Origin: the human T2T-CHM13v2.0 reference genome, Homo sapiens
NCBI RefSeq assembly: GCF_009914755.1
Contig: NC_060946.1
Strand: one strand, 5' to 3'
Length of the DNA: 64,000 nt
Both the position numbers and the translations under genes were made by a program. The notes beneath the pieces are model-generated. The model was not told the origin of the DNA and did not search any database. It worked only from the letters and a program-made list of their open reading frames with translations. How positions within the stretch are numbered: the first letter of the stretch is position 1; each line of letters starts with the position of its first letter. Shown in pieces: positions 1 through 23,010 of the stretch.

Positions 1-749
1 CACCAGGTTCTCAAGAGCTCTTCCTCCCTCCCATTGAATGAACAAAATTGGGTTCTTCCTCATAGTAATGGATGCATAAAAATGGCAAGACCTGAGTAGT
101 GGTCAGGAGACACACAGCCAGGAGTCTGGGAGGTGGGTGCCAAGGGGGTGGCATTTCCAGGGCCTACTTTCCTTTACTGAAATTCTGAGAGTCAAGCACA
201 GTAACTGTGATTGAACCTGATGCATTTAAATTCATCTGCATTGCCTTTTAAATTAAAGATTATCTTCTAATAATTGAGTCAGTACGTTCAAAAACCGCAA
301 ACTGATTTGAATTGGAGCCTCTAAAACCTAATCAGTAAAATGAACCTACTGCAAATGCACTTTTGCCATGGACCAACCAAAAGTGACTGTGGATAGCCAG
401 CTGTTCAGGTCAGGGAGTGGCCAGTCCCACACTGTGAGGCATGGCCAAGCTGCAGGCTCTGTAGGCACAGCACAGTCAGCTACAAGATGTGAACATCTGT
501 CTTCTCCACCTCACTTCATCCTACTTTCCTCTCCCCAAAATATGTTTATTCTCCAATTACCTCCAGTCATGCATCACTTAATGTTGGGGATACATTCTGA
601 GACTTATATCGCTGGAGGCAATTTCCTCAGTGTGTGAACATCAAAGGGTACACCTACACAAACCTAGGTGGTAGAGACTACTACACATCTAGGCCATAAG
701 GTACAGCCAATTGCTCCTAAGCTACATACTTGTACAGCATGTTACTGTA

Positions 750-1877
750 GTTCTGAATGAAAAAAACACACTGTTTTTCCTCTCCTCTTATACCACAACA
801 ACAAACACAGGAGACTTCTGTGACCAAATGTGTGAGGGTTTTTCCCCATTAACAAGCAAGCAATCAATTCTGCCACAGATACCAGCTGGGTGTCTTCTAA
901 TTCAGCAGTCCCCAATCTTTTTGGCACTAGGGACCACTTTCTTGGAAGACAATTTTTCCACGGGGTCGGGGAATGGTTTCGGGATCAAACTGTTCCACCT
1001 CAGATTATCAGGCATTAGCTAGATTCTCTTTCGGAGCACACAATCTGGACCCCTCACATGCATGGTTCACAACAGGGTTTGTGCTCCTATGAGAATCTGA
1101 TGCCACCTCTGATCTGACAGGAGGTGGAGCTCAGGTGGTAATGCTGGATCACCCTCCACTCACCTCCTGTTGTGCCACCTGGTTCCTAACCAGCCACAGA
1201 CTGATACAGGTCTGAGGCCTGGGGGTTGCGGACCCCTGCTCTAATTCAACTCTAACACTACCTGGAGACAGTGTCTGATCCCACAGGTTGAGGGCTGAGT
1301 CTCCCAGGTTGTTTCACCTGTGCTTCTGACCAATAGGCTATAAATTGGGTTCCCAAGATCCCCTTCTTGGGTTCAACTAATTTGTTAGAGCGACTCACAG
1401 AACTCAGGAAAATACTCATGTCTACTGGTTTGTTATAAAGGGTATTGCAAAGGATACAGATGAAGAGATGCATGGGGCCAGACATGTGGGAAGTGGTGCA
1501 GAGCTTCCAGGCCCTCTCCAGGAACATCACTCTTTAGGAGCCTCCATGTGTTCAACTATCCAGAAGTTTTCCAAACCCAGTCATTCAGAATTTTTATGGA
1601 AGCTTCATTATGTAGGCATGACTGATTAAATCACTGGCCATTGGTGATGAACTTAATCTTCAGCCTGTCTCCCCTCTCCGGAGGTTGAGAGGTGAGGCTG
1701 AAAGTCCCAACCCTCTTATGCCTGCCTTGGCCTTTCCTGTCACCAGCCCCCATCCTGAAGCTACCTAGGGGCTGCTGGCCAGCATACAAAAAGGCATCAC
1801 TCTGGAAAGTCCAAAGATTTTAGAAGTTGTATGCCAAGAAATGAGACAAGACCAAATATATATTTCACAATATCACA
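750..1877 (-). mobile_element. MER21-family solo LTR, interrupted by MER1B
   Basis: Characteristic TTCTGTGACCAAATGTGTG, ACCAGCTGGGTGTC and CCTGGAGACAGTGTCTGATCCCACAGGTTGAGGGCT segments. Ends ...AATATCACA. Confidence 0.7.
903..1238 (+). mobile_element. MER1B (hAT-Charlie MITE)
   Basis: CAGCAGTCCCCAATCTTTTTGGCAC...GGTTGCGGACCCCTG termini. 8-bp TSD ttctaatt (895-902) / ctctaatt (1239-1246). Confidence 0.85.
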
Positions 1878-2889
1878 GTACTGAATACTATAGGCAACTG
1901 TAACACAATGGAATTTGTGTATCTAAACACAGACAAGGTACAGTAAAAATATGGGACCACCATCCTTCATGTGGTCTGGTCTGTCATTGACGGAAACATC
2001 ACTGTGTGGCACATGATTATATATCTTTAAAAGAAAAAATGAAAAATATATGCTGATATAAAACTTGCCAAAAAGAAGAGGTCTCTCTCTTCACTACTGA
2101 GGCTCAGGGCCACCCCCAACCCCATCCCCTGGATGCTCTACTGCTTCCCATCAAACACACTCAGTTATCTGTGCCTGCCCCTGAGTCTGCCTCCAGGACC
2201 TGGGACCTCTATCCAGCCACCCACCCATTCCTTTCCCCCTCCTGGGCTGGCTCATCTTTCTCACCAAGGCCCCAGAGATGGCCACAGCCAAGGTGTATAC
2301 CCCATGACCACCTCTCACTTAGGATTCTCTTGCCTGGAAACTCTGCTCTATGATAATTCTCCCTTTTCTGACCTCTCTCTTTCATCCCACACACCCTGCT
2401 CGAGCCCATCCTTCTTTCCCAGTGGTTCACATTCCCAGTTTCACCTACAGCTCAGTGCCTAATCTAGCTAGTAGCCCTCCAACTTGTCTAATTTTACTAT
2501 CAAAGCTACCATTTCCATCTTGGAAACCTCACTGTTTTAATATTTTTCCTTTCTAACCCATGTGCCCTATGAACCTACTAGTTCTGATTCCTTCACCTCT
2601 CCTCCATCTCAGACAGCCACCCTCCACTCCTCCAGGGCCACCACTCTGGGTCAGACCACAGCAGTGATGCCCCTACCGGTTTCCCTACCTCTTGTCTCAT
2701 CCTCCCCAGGCTGCTCTCCTTCAAGCCTTACCTACTCAGCCCCATCAGCAGTCCTTAGTCCAAAAGGGATACCTGTCATCCCCTGAACACCTTTAGTCAC
2801 CCATCTAGGCCATTCTGTCTCTCATAGTCCCATATTGGTCAAGGTCTAGCTCGATTACTTCTCCCTCTATCATTGTACAGAGAACATGA

Positions 2890-5000
<2,111 letters not shown>

Positions 5001-6082
5001 CAGTCTCATATCCCCAATTTTAGTCATCACAAGCCAAGTTCCCCGTTTTGTACTGTTCGAAGTTTCAGTGGGGAGAAGAAAGGAAGCTTAATGTGCCACA
5101 TAGCTACAAACTGAAGGATACAAGATGAATTTTTATGAAGTGATGGATGGCAGAGTCAAAATCATTTCAGAGGAACTTTCAGTTCGGTACGATTTTACTG
5201 AGTAGATACCCTCAGCCTTCTGTAGGGCCCCCGAACGAGCAGTATCCCCTCAAAGAAACTCAATCCTTGGCAGCATGAAGCAAGGTCGGCCACAAAGGCA
5301 AAGGGGGCGGCTGCGGTAGAGGAGAGGGAGTGGGTGCTGATTCCCAGCGGGGCAGCCTTCCAAAGGGTGCGCTCTGGAAGAATCTCCCAGGGAGCCGTCT
5401 TGGAGGCACTCGGCCCCGCGGAGGGCCGGAGCGAGGGCGCCCAGTGAGGAGCCCAGGCGGAAGGTGGCGGTGCCCCGCTGCCCGCCCCAGATCCACTCGG
5501 CTCGGCCCGCACCGGATCTAAAATGGTCAGAACTGGCAGCCGACGCTTCGCGCTCTGGTGATTTTGCACTGACAGCGCGATCTCCGGCTCCTCTCAGGAA
5601 ACCGGGAGAGCTGGCAAGGCTGGGCTCCTACGGCTGCAGTCCCCGGGCCCGATCGAGGGAACTGAGGCTCGTCAGGCCGGCCCCAAATCGCCCGCCTGTT
5701 GCAAGGCCGCCCGCTCCAGCGCGGAGGGTCGCGGCCAGGAAGGCCGCATTCGGACCTGCCGCAGGCAACAGGGCCCGCCCGGGTGCCAGGAGGCCGGCGC
5801 GCCAGCAGCCGCGCTGAGGAGGCCTCGCACCCTGGCCCCTGGCCGAGCGCCAGATCCCGGCCCCTACGCGCCCGCGCCCGGGGATCCCGCCGGCCGCGTC
5901 CCCGCCACGTCAGGCCGCGGGCTCTCCTCAGGTCGCCGCCCCCGAGCCTCCGGCCCGCGCCCGCCCCCGCGCCCCTCGGACTCCGCGCCGCTAGCTTGTC
6001 CCCGGCCCAGCGATGCCTGCTTGCCGCCCGACCCCCGCGTTCGCTGCCGCCCGGCCCGTTCGGCTCACGCCTCGCAGCTGAC

Positions 6083-6170
6083 CTGGTGCCGCCGCCAGCC
6101 GAGGCCGCACTCGCAGCTGGAGGGAGGCGGGAGGCGGGAGGCGGGAGGCGCGAGGCGGGAGGCTGGGCGA
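6083..6170 (-). other. KLHL22: KLHL22 non-coding exon 1 (5'UTR); TSS approximate; intron 1 runs toward position 1 and the coding exons lie outside the window
   Basis: Minus strand reads ...CCTCCCTCCAGCTGCGAGTGCGGCCTCGGCTGGCGGCGGCACCAG|GTCAGC, which matches the KLHL22 mRNA leader as I recall it. Donor GT at 6082-6081. Head-to-head position relative to MED15 fits the known gene order. Confidence 0.75.
6122..6163 (+). repeat. (GGGAGGC)x6 heptamer repeat, G-quadruplex-capable
   Basis: Six units read directly, one variant GCGAGGC. Confidence 0.9.
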
Positions 6171-6454
6171 GAGGAGCCGGCGGGGCGGGGGCCTGGGCCG
6201 TCACGTGGGTGCGCCGCGCAGGCGCCGGGCGGGCCAGACGTAGGCCCGGGGGTTCCCGGCCTGGCCGGGTAGCAGCGCGGGGGCGGCCCTGGGGCGGGGA
6301 GACAGGGGGCGGCTCCACTCCGGCGCTCTGCGGAGGACAGCAGCGATCGCCAAGGCTCAGTGAGTCCCCGCACTAGCGCGGCACCTGGCACTTGGCGGGG
6401 CCGAACCAACGAATGAGCGAATTTGCCGAGAGTCGCCCCGTCTGAATCCATTGA

Positions 6455-6930
6455 CTCTTTCCTTGCCTCGGTCCTGCCCTCATTCCTCGACTCACTTCCT
6501 CCTGCCCTTCCTCACTATCTCCCTCCCCGCTCATATCCTCCCTCTCCTTTCCTCATTCCCTTCTTCACTCTCTTCTCTCCTCTCTTACTCCCCCCCTCTC
6601 ATTCCCTCCCTCCTTCACTCTCTCATTCCTTCCCTTCCTATCTTACCCACCATTCCCTTCCTCCCTCACTCATTCACTCCCTCCCTGTCTCCCCCTCTCA
6701 TCCCCTCCCTCTCTCATTCCCTTTCCCTCCCTCCTTAACTCTCGTTCTCTCCTCCCTCTCTCATTCCTTCCCTCCCTGTCTCATTTCCCCCCTTCTTTCC
6801 CTCCCTCCCTCTCCTCTTCTCCCATTGCCTCCCTCCCTCTTTGATTCCCTTCTTTCCTCCTCTCCTCCACTTGTTCCCTTCGTCACGCGCTCATTCCCTC
6901 CCTCCCGCGGCCTGCTCCTTCCCCGCTCCC
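6455..6930 (+). repeat. C/T-rich low-complexity polypyrimidine tract (TCCC/CTCATTCC motifs)
   Basis: About 470 bp almost devoid of G on the plus strand. Confidence 0.9.
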
Positions 6931-7318
6931 TCCGCGGTCGGTGCCGCTGACCGTAGCGCGCCCCCTGCGGGATATCGGGGAGAATCGCTTAACACCGCCA
7001 GAGTGAACAGGTGCTAGTTTGTGTGCCCGTTCCTTTACTGAGATTTTGCAGTAAATCTAATTCCCAGTCTTAAAGCCTGGTCCCAGAGGTCCGTGCGCGG
7101 GTCTTGGCATTCATTGTTCTCCACCTCACCTTCGAGCAGGTCCCATCCTCCGAGGCGTATCCGTAATGGCTGCGCCCAGAGCTTGGAGCCACAGAGCCTC
7201 CTGATGGGATAAGGTTGGAGTGTCCCACACTGTGGTTTTGAGAGGGACTGTGAAGGGTGGAGAGAGTGGTAGGGGGAGGATGTGGCTGGAGATGGCTCAT
7301 GGTTAAAAAGAAAGGTGG

Positions 7319-7630
<312 letters not shown>

Positions 7631-8364
7631 ATTGGTGGAAGGGGAATGTAAAAGGAGGAAAATACACGGAAGAGAATTGCTGTCCTGGCTGAGTCCAGAG
7701 AGATAACTGAGGGTCCCAGACAAGGATCAAGAGAACGGGATTGGCCTCCAGAGGCAGAGGTTCCAAATGGGAGTGGGCTTCCTCCTAGAAAGACTTTCTG
7801 GAGGAGACCCCCCTACTGTGTAACAGAGGAGGACTTTGGGATTAAGAAAAGCATTCCAGGAAGCCGACAGTGTCAGCAAACGTGGAGGTGAGATCCTTCA
7901 AAGTGAGTGGTGTGGAGGTTTCCAGAATTTTCTGAGCCTGAAGGGAAGGTTGGAGAGCAGACCCTGCCCTTTGGAGGCTTGACTTAGCCCTGAGGGCACC
8001 CTGTAGCCAGGGTGGGCAGATGCCAATATGGTAGAGACGAAGACTGAGTAGGGAGCCAGCCACAGTGCTGTGGTCTCAGGCAGGGAGTGAAGACCAGAGT
8101 GGAGCAGGCTAGAAACCTGGGAAGGAAGCAGGTTCCCCAGTATAAGCCCAGTGATGTGTGAAGAATGAGCCCAGGAGATGGGTGGGGAAGTAGGCCCACC
8201 CTGCCTACAGGGGAGCCAGAGCAAGAGCAGGTCTGGGGGAAGATGAGGCCCCCCTTGGCTCCAGGTAGGGGAAGACTGACCTCCAAGGCCCAATGGGACC
8301 AGGTGTACGGGTGGACCCAGAGAGGAGAGGAAAAGGAATCCTGGGGCAGCAACAAGAAGGCCAC

Positions 8365-8924
<560 letters not shown>

Positions 8925-9499
8925 TCATATAAAATTTATATTAAATAAATTGATATGCTTTTCTCTTGTTAATCTGTCCTTTGTTAGAGGGGTGTCAACC
9001 AGGAACCTTGTGATGCGTGAGGAAAAAATATTACCTTTTCCCCCTACTCTTTCTGGCACCCAACAAACAAGTGGGGTGGCAAAGACACCCCACTTGGGAC
9101 AACTGGCAAAAGGTAAGCATTCTTACCAAGGTTAACTGTCCCATATCACTGCCTGTAGTACTCAGCTGAGAGTGGAAGGTAAAAACTTCTTGTCCCTTCC
9201 TTTCCAAATTCAAATTAGCAGAAGAAAACATTGTGTCTGGATTGTGACTCTTGCTTAAATTTGGTTGAGGGGTAACTGTTTGTTATTGATCCTTTCCTCC
9301 CAGGCACAGCTACCTCTTTCCTGTTTGTTTTATTTGTGTCCTGAGAGCTTGGCTTTATGACCAGTGAGAATATTCTCCCTGATCTCTGAATAGCCAGTGG
9401 GTGCAAGTGACAGCTTGCTTTAGGACAGCTTGCGTTAGGGTTGCAAGTAACAGCTTGCATTATTACAAACTCCTCTGTCCCGGTCAGAAAAAGAGAAAG

Positions 9500-14876
<5,377 letters not shown>

Positions 14877-14967
14877 ATTTTTGAAAATTATCCTGTAATA
14901 TCTGTAATGTGTGAAATTATATAAAGAGCCTTAATATGTTTGTCCCTGAAACCCAGGATGCATTTCT

Positions 14968-16386
14968 GTTTTTCCCCAAGAGTAAATGATTATTTAGAAA
15001 GCATGCCAAATTATATACAAATCAACATTCTCTCCCATAATCCTGTGCATCTGAAACTATAGAAATGTCACAGTCCCTGCCCCACATCTTCAAATTAACA
15101 TTCTCAGGTCACAACAATAAGTCTTTTCTTCCCAAAGGGCTTGTCTCTGGAAAAACAAGCTATTTCCTAGGCTCATATTTCCTCTCTTTGTAGCATGCCT
15201 CAGCAATCTATCCAAGAAGTATATATTGGGGAGTAAGGAGGGCATCCACCAGCAAGACTACAGTTGTTGGCAGCCATAAGATTGGAGACAAGCACAGAGG
15301 GATAGGTCAACATACTGGCAAAAAAAATCCTGTGACAGCTTGAGAATAACTCTTTAATAATGAGAATAACTCATTAATGGTAGAAACCCCACTGTCCATT
15401 GCATGGGTATCGACAAGGTGGTAGGCTAGTGAGTCACAAAGCCACAAAGAAATGATGTCATCTAGGAGGTGAGGAACAAGACCTGGGAAAAATCCTAGGA
15501 TACCCTCTTCCTGATAAATGGTTAGTATGGTGTCACAAAGTCCACAGAACTTGGATTCTCTCCCAGTGAATTGTGCCATAGATCTCAGAGTGAGCACATG
15601 GAAGGGACGTGATGAGGGCAGCAGCAGAACAAGCGATCATCTCTTGAGTTGTTTCCTTGATAATTTGGTCAAAGGAAGACGAGATTTCTTTCTGTTCATA
15701 TCCAGGTCCTAACTCCTCACCCTTGTCACACTCCTGGTAATGCTGTAAAACTTTACCATGGACCACAGTTCCAAGGACCCCCGAATGCAGTCATGGAGTT
15801 AAGCCTGTGAACAACCCACACCTCCTGTCAATGCTGGCAATGTTCAGAGCATAACAAAAGAAACCAGAAAGCTGACATACTTCCTACCCCAAAATATTTT
15901 GTCCTGTTGGGGGAAGAGGCTCATATCCCACCTGGATGAGCACTTTCATGTGCATGAGTCGCTAGGACAGGATGGTGAGACCGGAGTCCAGGAGCATCTG
16001 ACTGGCAAGCAACATCTGCCGTGACAGCACCTGTATTATTCTGTTTTCATGCTGCTGATAAAGACATACCCAAGACTGGGAAGTAAAAGAGGTTAAATTG
16101 GACTTACAGTCCCACATGGCTGGGGAGGCCTCGGAATCATGGTGGGAGGTGAAAAGCACTTCTTAATAGGGTGAGGGCCAGAGAAAATGAGGAAGAAGCA
16201 AAAGCGGAAACCCCTGATAAACCCATCAGATCTTGGGAGACTTACTTTTGGGAAAGACCTGCTGCTTGATTCAATTACCTCCCCCTGGGTCCCTCCCACA
16301 ACACTTGGGAATTCTGGGAGATACAATTCAAGTTGAGATTTCAGTGCGGACACAGTCAAACCATATCAGCACCAGTGGATGGACAG
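14968..16386 (-). pseudogene. Processed pseudogene of MTCH2 (mitochondrial carrier homolog 2); former CDS 16022->15090
   Basis: Intronless translation fragments ASQMLLDSGLTILS, VHGKVLQHYQECDKGEELGPG...KETTQEMIA, LRSMAQFTGRESKFCGLCD...EEGILGFF...DSGVST and [11 protein letters not shown], ending ...TYCCDLRMLI*, all match MTCH2. Start ATG->ACG (16022-16020), in-frame TAG (15964-15962), frameshifts, eroded A tail and 17-bp TSD acccaggatgcatttct. Confidence 0.93.
16032..16368 (-). mobile_element. THE1C-like solo LTR (MaLR) in the pseudogene 5'UTR
   Basis: Minus strand starts TGATATGGTTTGACTGTGTCC and ends ...AATAATACA. 5-bp TSD gcacc (16027-16031 / 16369-16373). Short internal deletion relative to consensus. 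Confidence 0.88.
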
Positions 16387-16401
16387 ACCCAGGATGCATT
16401 T

Positions 16402-16711
16402 CTTTTCTTTTCTTTTCTTTTTTTGGAAACGGAGTCCCACACTGTCGCCCAGGCTTGGAGTGCAGTGGCTCCATCTCTGCCCACTGCAGCCTCCCCCTCC
16501 CGGGTTCAAGTGATCCTCCTCCCGCCTCAACCTCCTGAGTAGCTGGGATTACCAGCATGTGCCACAACACCCAGCTACTTTTTGTATTTTCAGTAGAGAT
16601 GGGGTTTGGCAATGTTGGCCAGGCTGGTCTCAAACTCCTGACCTCAAGTGATCTGCCTGCCTCAGCCTCCCAAAGTGCCAGGATTCCAGGCATGAGCCAT
16701 TGCATCCAGCC
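16402..16711 (-). mobile_element. Alu (J/old S type)
   Basis: Full length. TSD ccaggat(g/a)cattt. Confidence 0.9.
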
Positions 16712-16807
16712 CCAGGATACATTTGTAAAGGCTGGATTCAGGACAATTTCTAAAACTGTGCACCAAGATGACACTGTCAACTTACATGTCCAAGAATGTT
16801 GGAGTGA

Positions 16808-17166
<359 letters not shown>

Positions 17167-17193
17167 AAAATTGCCTTTTAAATCTGTTACATT

Positions 17194-17513
<320 letters not shown>

Positions 17514-17656
17514 TTACCCATGATGTAATTCTATAATCAAAATTATAATTAAATTTTAATGAAAATTTTAGTTAATAATAAATTAATACTTATGAAAATG
17601 CTTAGGCACTAACATTAGATTTACAACACAGGATCCAAATGGCATCTACGGCATGA

Positions 17657-21128
<3,472 letters not shown>

Positions 21129-21989
21129 ACAATAACGATTTTGGGAGTATTAGAGCAGAAAACGTTTGAAAACATGAACAGCTCTCACATCAACACAAGA
21201 CGTGAAACTCTGTTGGCAAGAGAGGCCTCTTTGGGGAGAGTGCTCACTCCTCTCCCACCCACTCTCTACCACCTTCAACCTCCTGTCTGGGGCACAGTAA
21301 CAAGGGGTGTAAGGGGTGTACAGTGCCTAGCAGGGGCCTGGCACTTAGGCTTCAGTAGGTGCCAGTCCACAGTCTCCTGAGGCCCATGTTGGTTGGTGTC
21401 CACCTGGTGCTTATTGACCACTTGGGCTCCAGATTTTCCTCACGTCACCTCCCTCCCCAGGGTAGCAGATAAAGGCCCCATAGTTCCAAGGAGGCAGAAC
21501 TTTTACATTCCTAAAAGCATTCTCAGGCCCCCATAACCCCTCATCCCACCTTCAGCTCGCTCACCTTCACCTATCAAATTCGTTTGACATCTGGCCTCCA
21601 GCAACTAGCTAGGCTGAGTTCTCCATGAAGGGGACGTGGCTGCTGGTCAAAAGGGAAAGCCCATGTCTAAAAATTAATTAACGTGGTTTAGGGGCCTCAC
21701 ATTCCCAACCCCCAAATACAGCCATTGGTGAGATGTGAGATTCAAAAAATCGAAGAGTGAAGCGGTGATGAGAGTCCATCTGGTCGCTCTTCGGATGCGG
21801 CGCTAGCAGGCAGTTGCATGAAAGCAGGTCCCAGATCACGTTGCACTGGCACACAGTAGGTACCCACACATATTTGATAAATAAACACTCTCTCCCTAGC
21901 ATTACTATAGATAGCTGGCAGCTTGGCCTGGCATCCCGGAGGGGTCTGGATCTCAGGGACTAGATAAGGCCAGCACACTGAAGAGTTGC

Positions 21990-22580
21990 AGAAAATGCAG
22001 GCGGTCAGGCGCAGGTCTGCTGCGGGAGCACCTGCCGTGTCCGACAGCTGCACTGGAAGAGGGGCGTGTGTCTCCCAGCCGGGCGGAACCGAGACCGCTT
22101 CGTCCCCGGCGGGGAACTTCATTTCCCACAAGCCTGTGCGCGAGACTCCATTTCCCACAAGCCCTCCTTCACTTCCGGCTCGGCCGAGGCACTGCGGACG
22201 GCTTCCGGGTTTGGGCCTGGCTCTGTGACTGAGGCGGCGGCGGTGGCGGCCAAGCGGGATACGGGCGGCGGGAGCTGGGGAACAGGCATGGACGTTTCCG
22301 GGCAAGAGACCGACTGGCGGAGCACCGCCTTCCGGCAGAAGCTGGTCAGTCAAATGTGAGTAGTGGTCGGGGCAGGGGGCTGGATTGTGGGACCTTCCTC
22401 CTTAGCGTGGCGGGCGAGGCCAGGGCCGGACCCGTGAGAAACCTACGGCGCCGGGAGACAGAAGGCGCCGGGGACTTGCGTGGGTCCCAGGGCTCGGGCC
22501 CCCCCGTCTGTCCCCTCCGTTCCCGACATGGACTGCTCGTTTGCTTTCCTGGGGCCGAGCTCTGCAAACCAACGAGCCCT
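21990..22580 (+). promoter_or_regulatory. MED15: MED15 CpG-island promoter with two ZNF143/SBS-type motifs and two ETS (GABPA-type) sites
   Basis: ACTTCATTTCCCACAAGCCT 22116-22135, ACTCCATTTCCCACAAGCCC 22145-22164, ACTTCCGG 22171, GCTTCCGG 22201. TATA-less and CpG-rich. Confidence 0.8.
22288..22355 (+). CDS. MED15: MED15 (Mediator subunit 15 / ARC105 / PCQAP) coding exon 1: MDVSGQETDWRSTAFRQKLVSQ(I)
   Basis: Good Kozak GGCATGG. Translation matches the MED15 N-terminus. Donor AT|GTGAGT, phase 2. Confidence 0.97.
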
Positions 22581-23010
22581 GGCTTATGAATCATCGTCTT
22601 GAGCTTTCTCATTCGTCATTTGTGTGCTTTGGGTGCAGACTTTCCCCCGCTTTTTGAACCACACTGAATAGGGAAAGGGAGAGAAGCAGCCGGCTGTAGT
22701 GGGTTTAGCAGGGCTGGGTGCTTCATGGTTTCTCTTCCAGAAAAGCGCATCAACGGTGAAAGAAAGTGATGGGAGGAGGGTGGATGTAAGATGAGATTGG
22801 GAAGGTAGTTGTTTGGGGTGTGGGCGGTGGGACGGAGGATCTGAGGGTGACCCCCCGAAGGAATGTGGACTTTGCCGAAGGATGGCAGGAAGCCGCTGTC
22901 AGGAAGCGATCGTCGTTTCTGGAGGAGAGCGTGAAGAGCTGGGGTCAGTGGCCCCGCTCAGAGGAACTCTAGCCCCTCACCACCGACTGCTTGTTTCTGT
23001 TAGCAGTTTT

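Larger units (their letters stand above)
564..2019 (-). mobile_element. Tigger3a (MER7A-type) DNA transposon, split into 564-749 and 1878-2019 by a MER21 LTR
   Basis: Starts CAGTCATGCATCACTTAA (TIR). Runs to ...CAGCATGTTACTGTA, resumes at 1878 GTACTGAATACTATAGGCAACTG and ends ...GGCACATGATTA. Matches my recollection of the consensus. Confidence 0.75.
5300..6450. promoter_or_regulatory. KLHL22: CpG island / KLHL22 promoter (probably bidirectional)
   Basis: Very GC- and CpG-dense. GC boxes GGGGCGGGG at 6182 and 6291, E-box GTCACGTGG at 6200. Surrounds KLHL22 exon 1. Confidence 0.85.

Noticed and set aside
5195-6451. Long overlapping ORFs (263 aa, 225 aa, etc.) on both strands
   Set aside because: These are Arg/Pro/Gly/Ala-rich by-products of a stop-poor CpG island, often with non-ATG starts and no recognisable domain.
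6423-6950. 175-aa Ser/Pro/Leu-rich ORF
   Set aside because: It is the translation of the C/T low-complexity tract.
15307-15766. MTCH2-like ORFs as a functional retrogene
   Set aside because: Lost start codon, in-frame stops and frameshifts mark it as a pseudogene.
21742-22359. 203-aa minus ORF and 97-aa plus ORF over the MED15 promoter
   Set aside because: CpG-island artefacts. The plus ORF merely contains exon 1 in frame.
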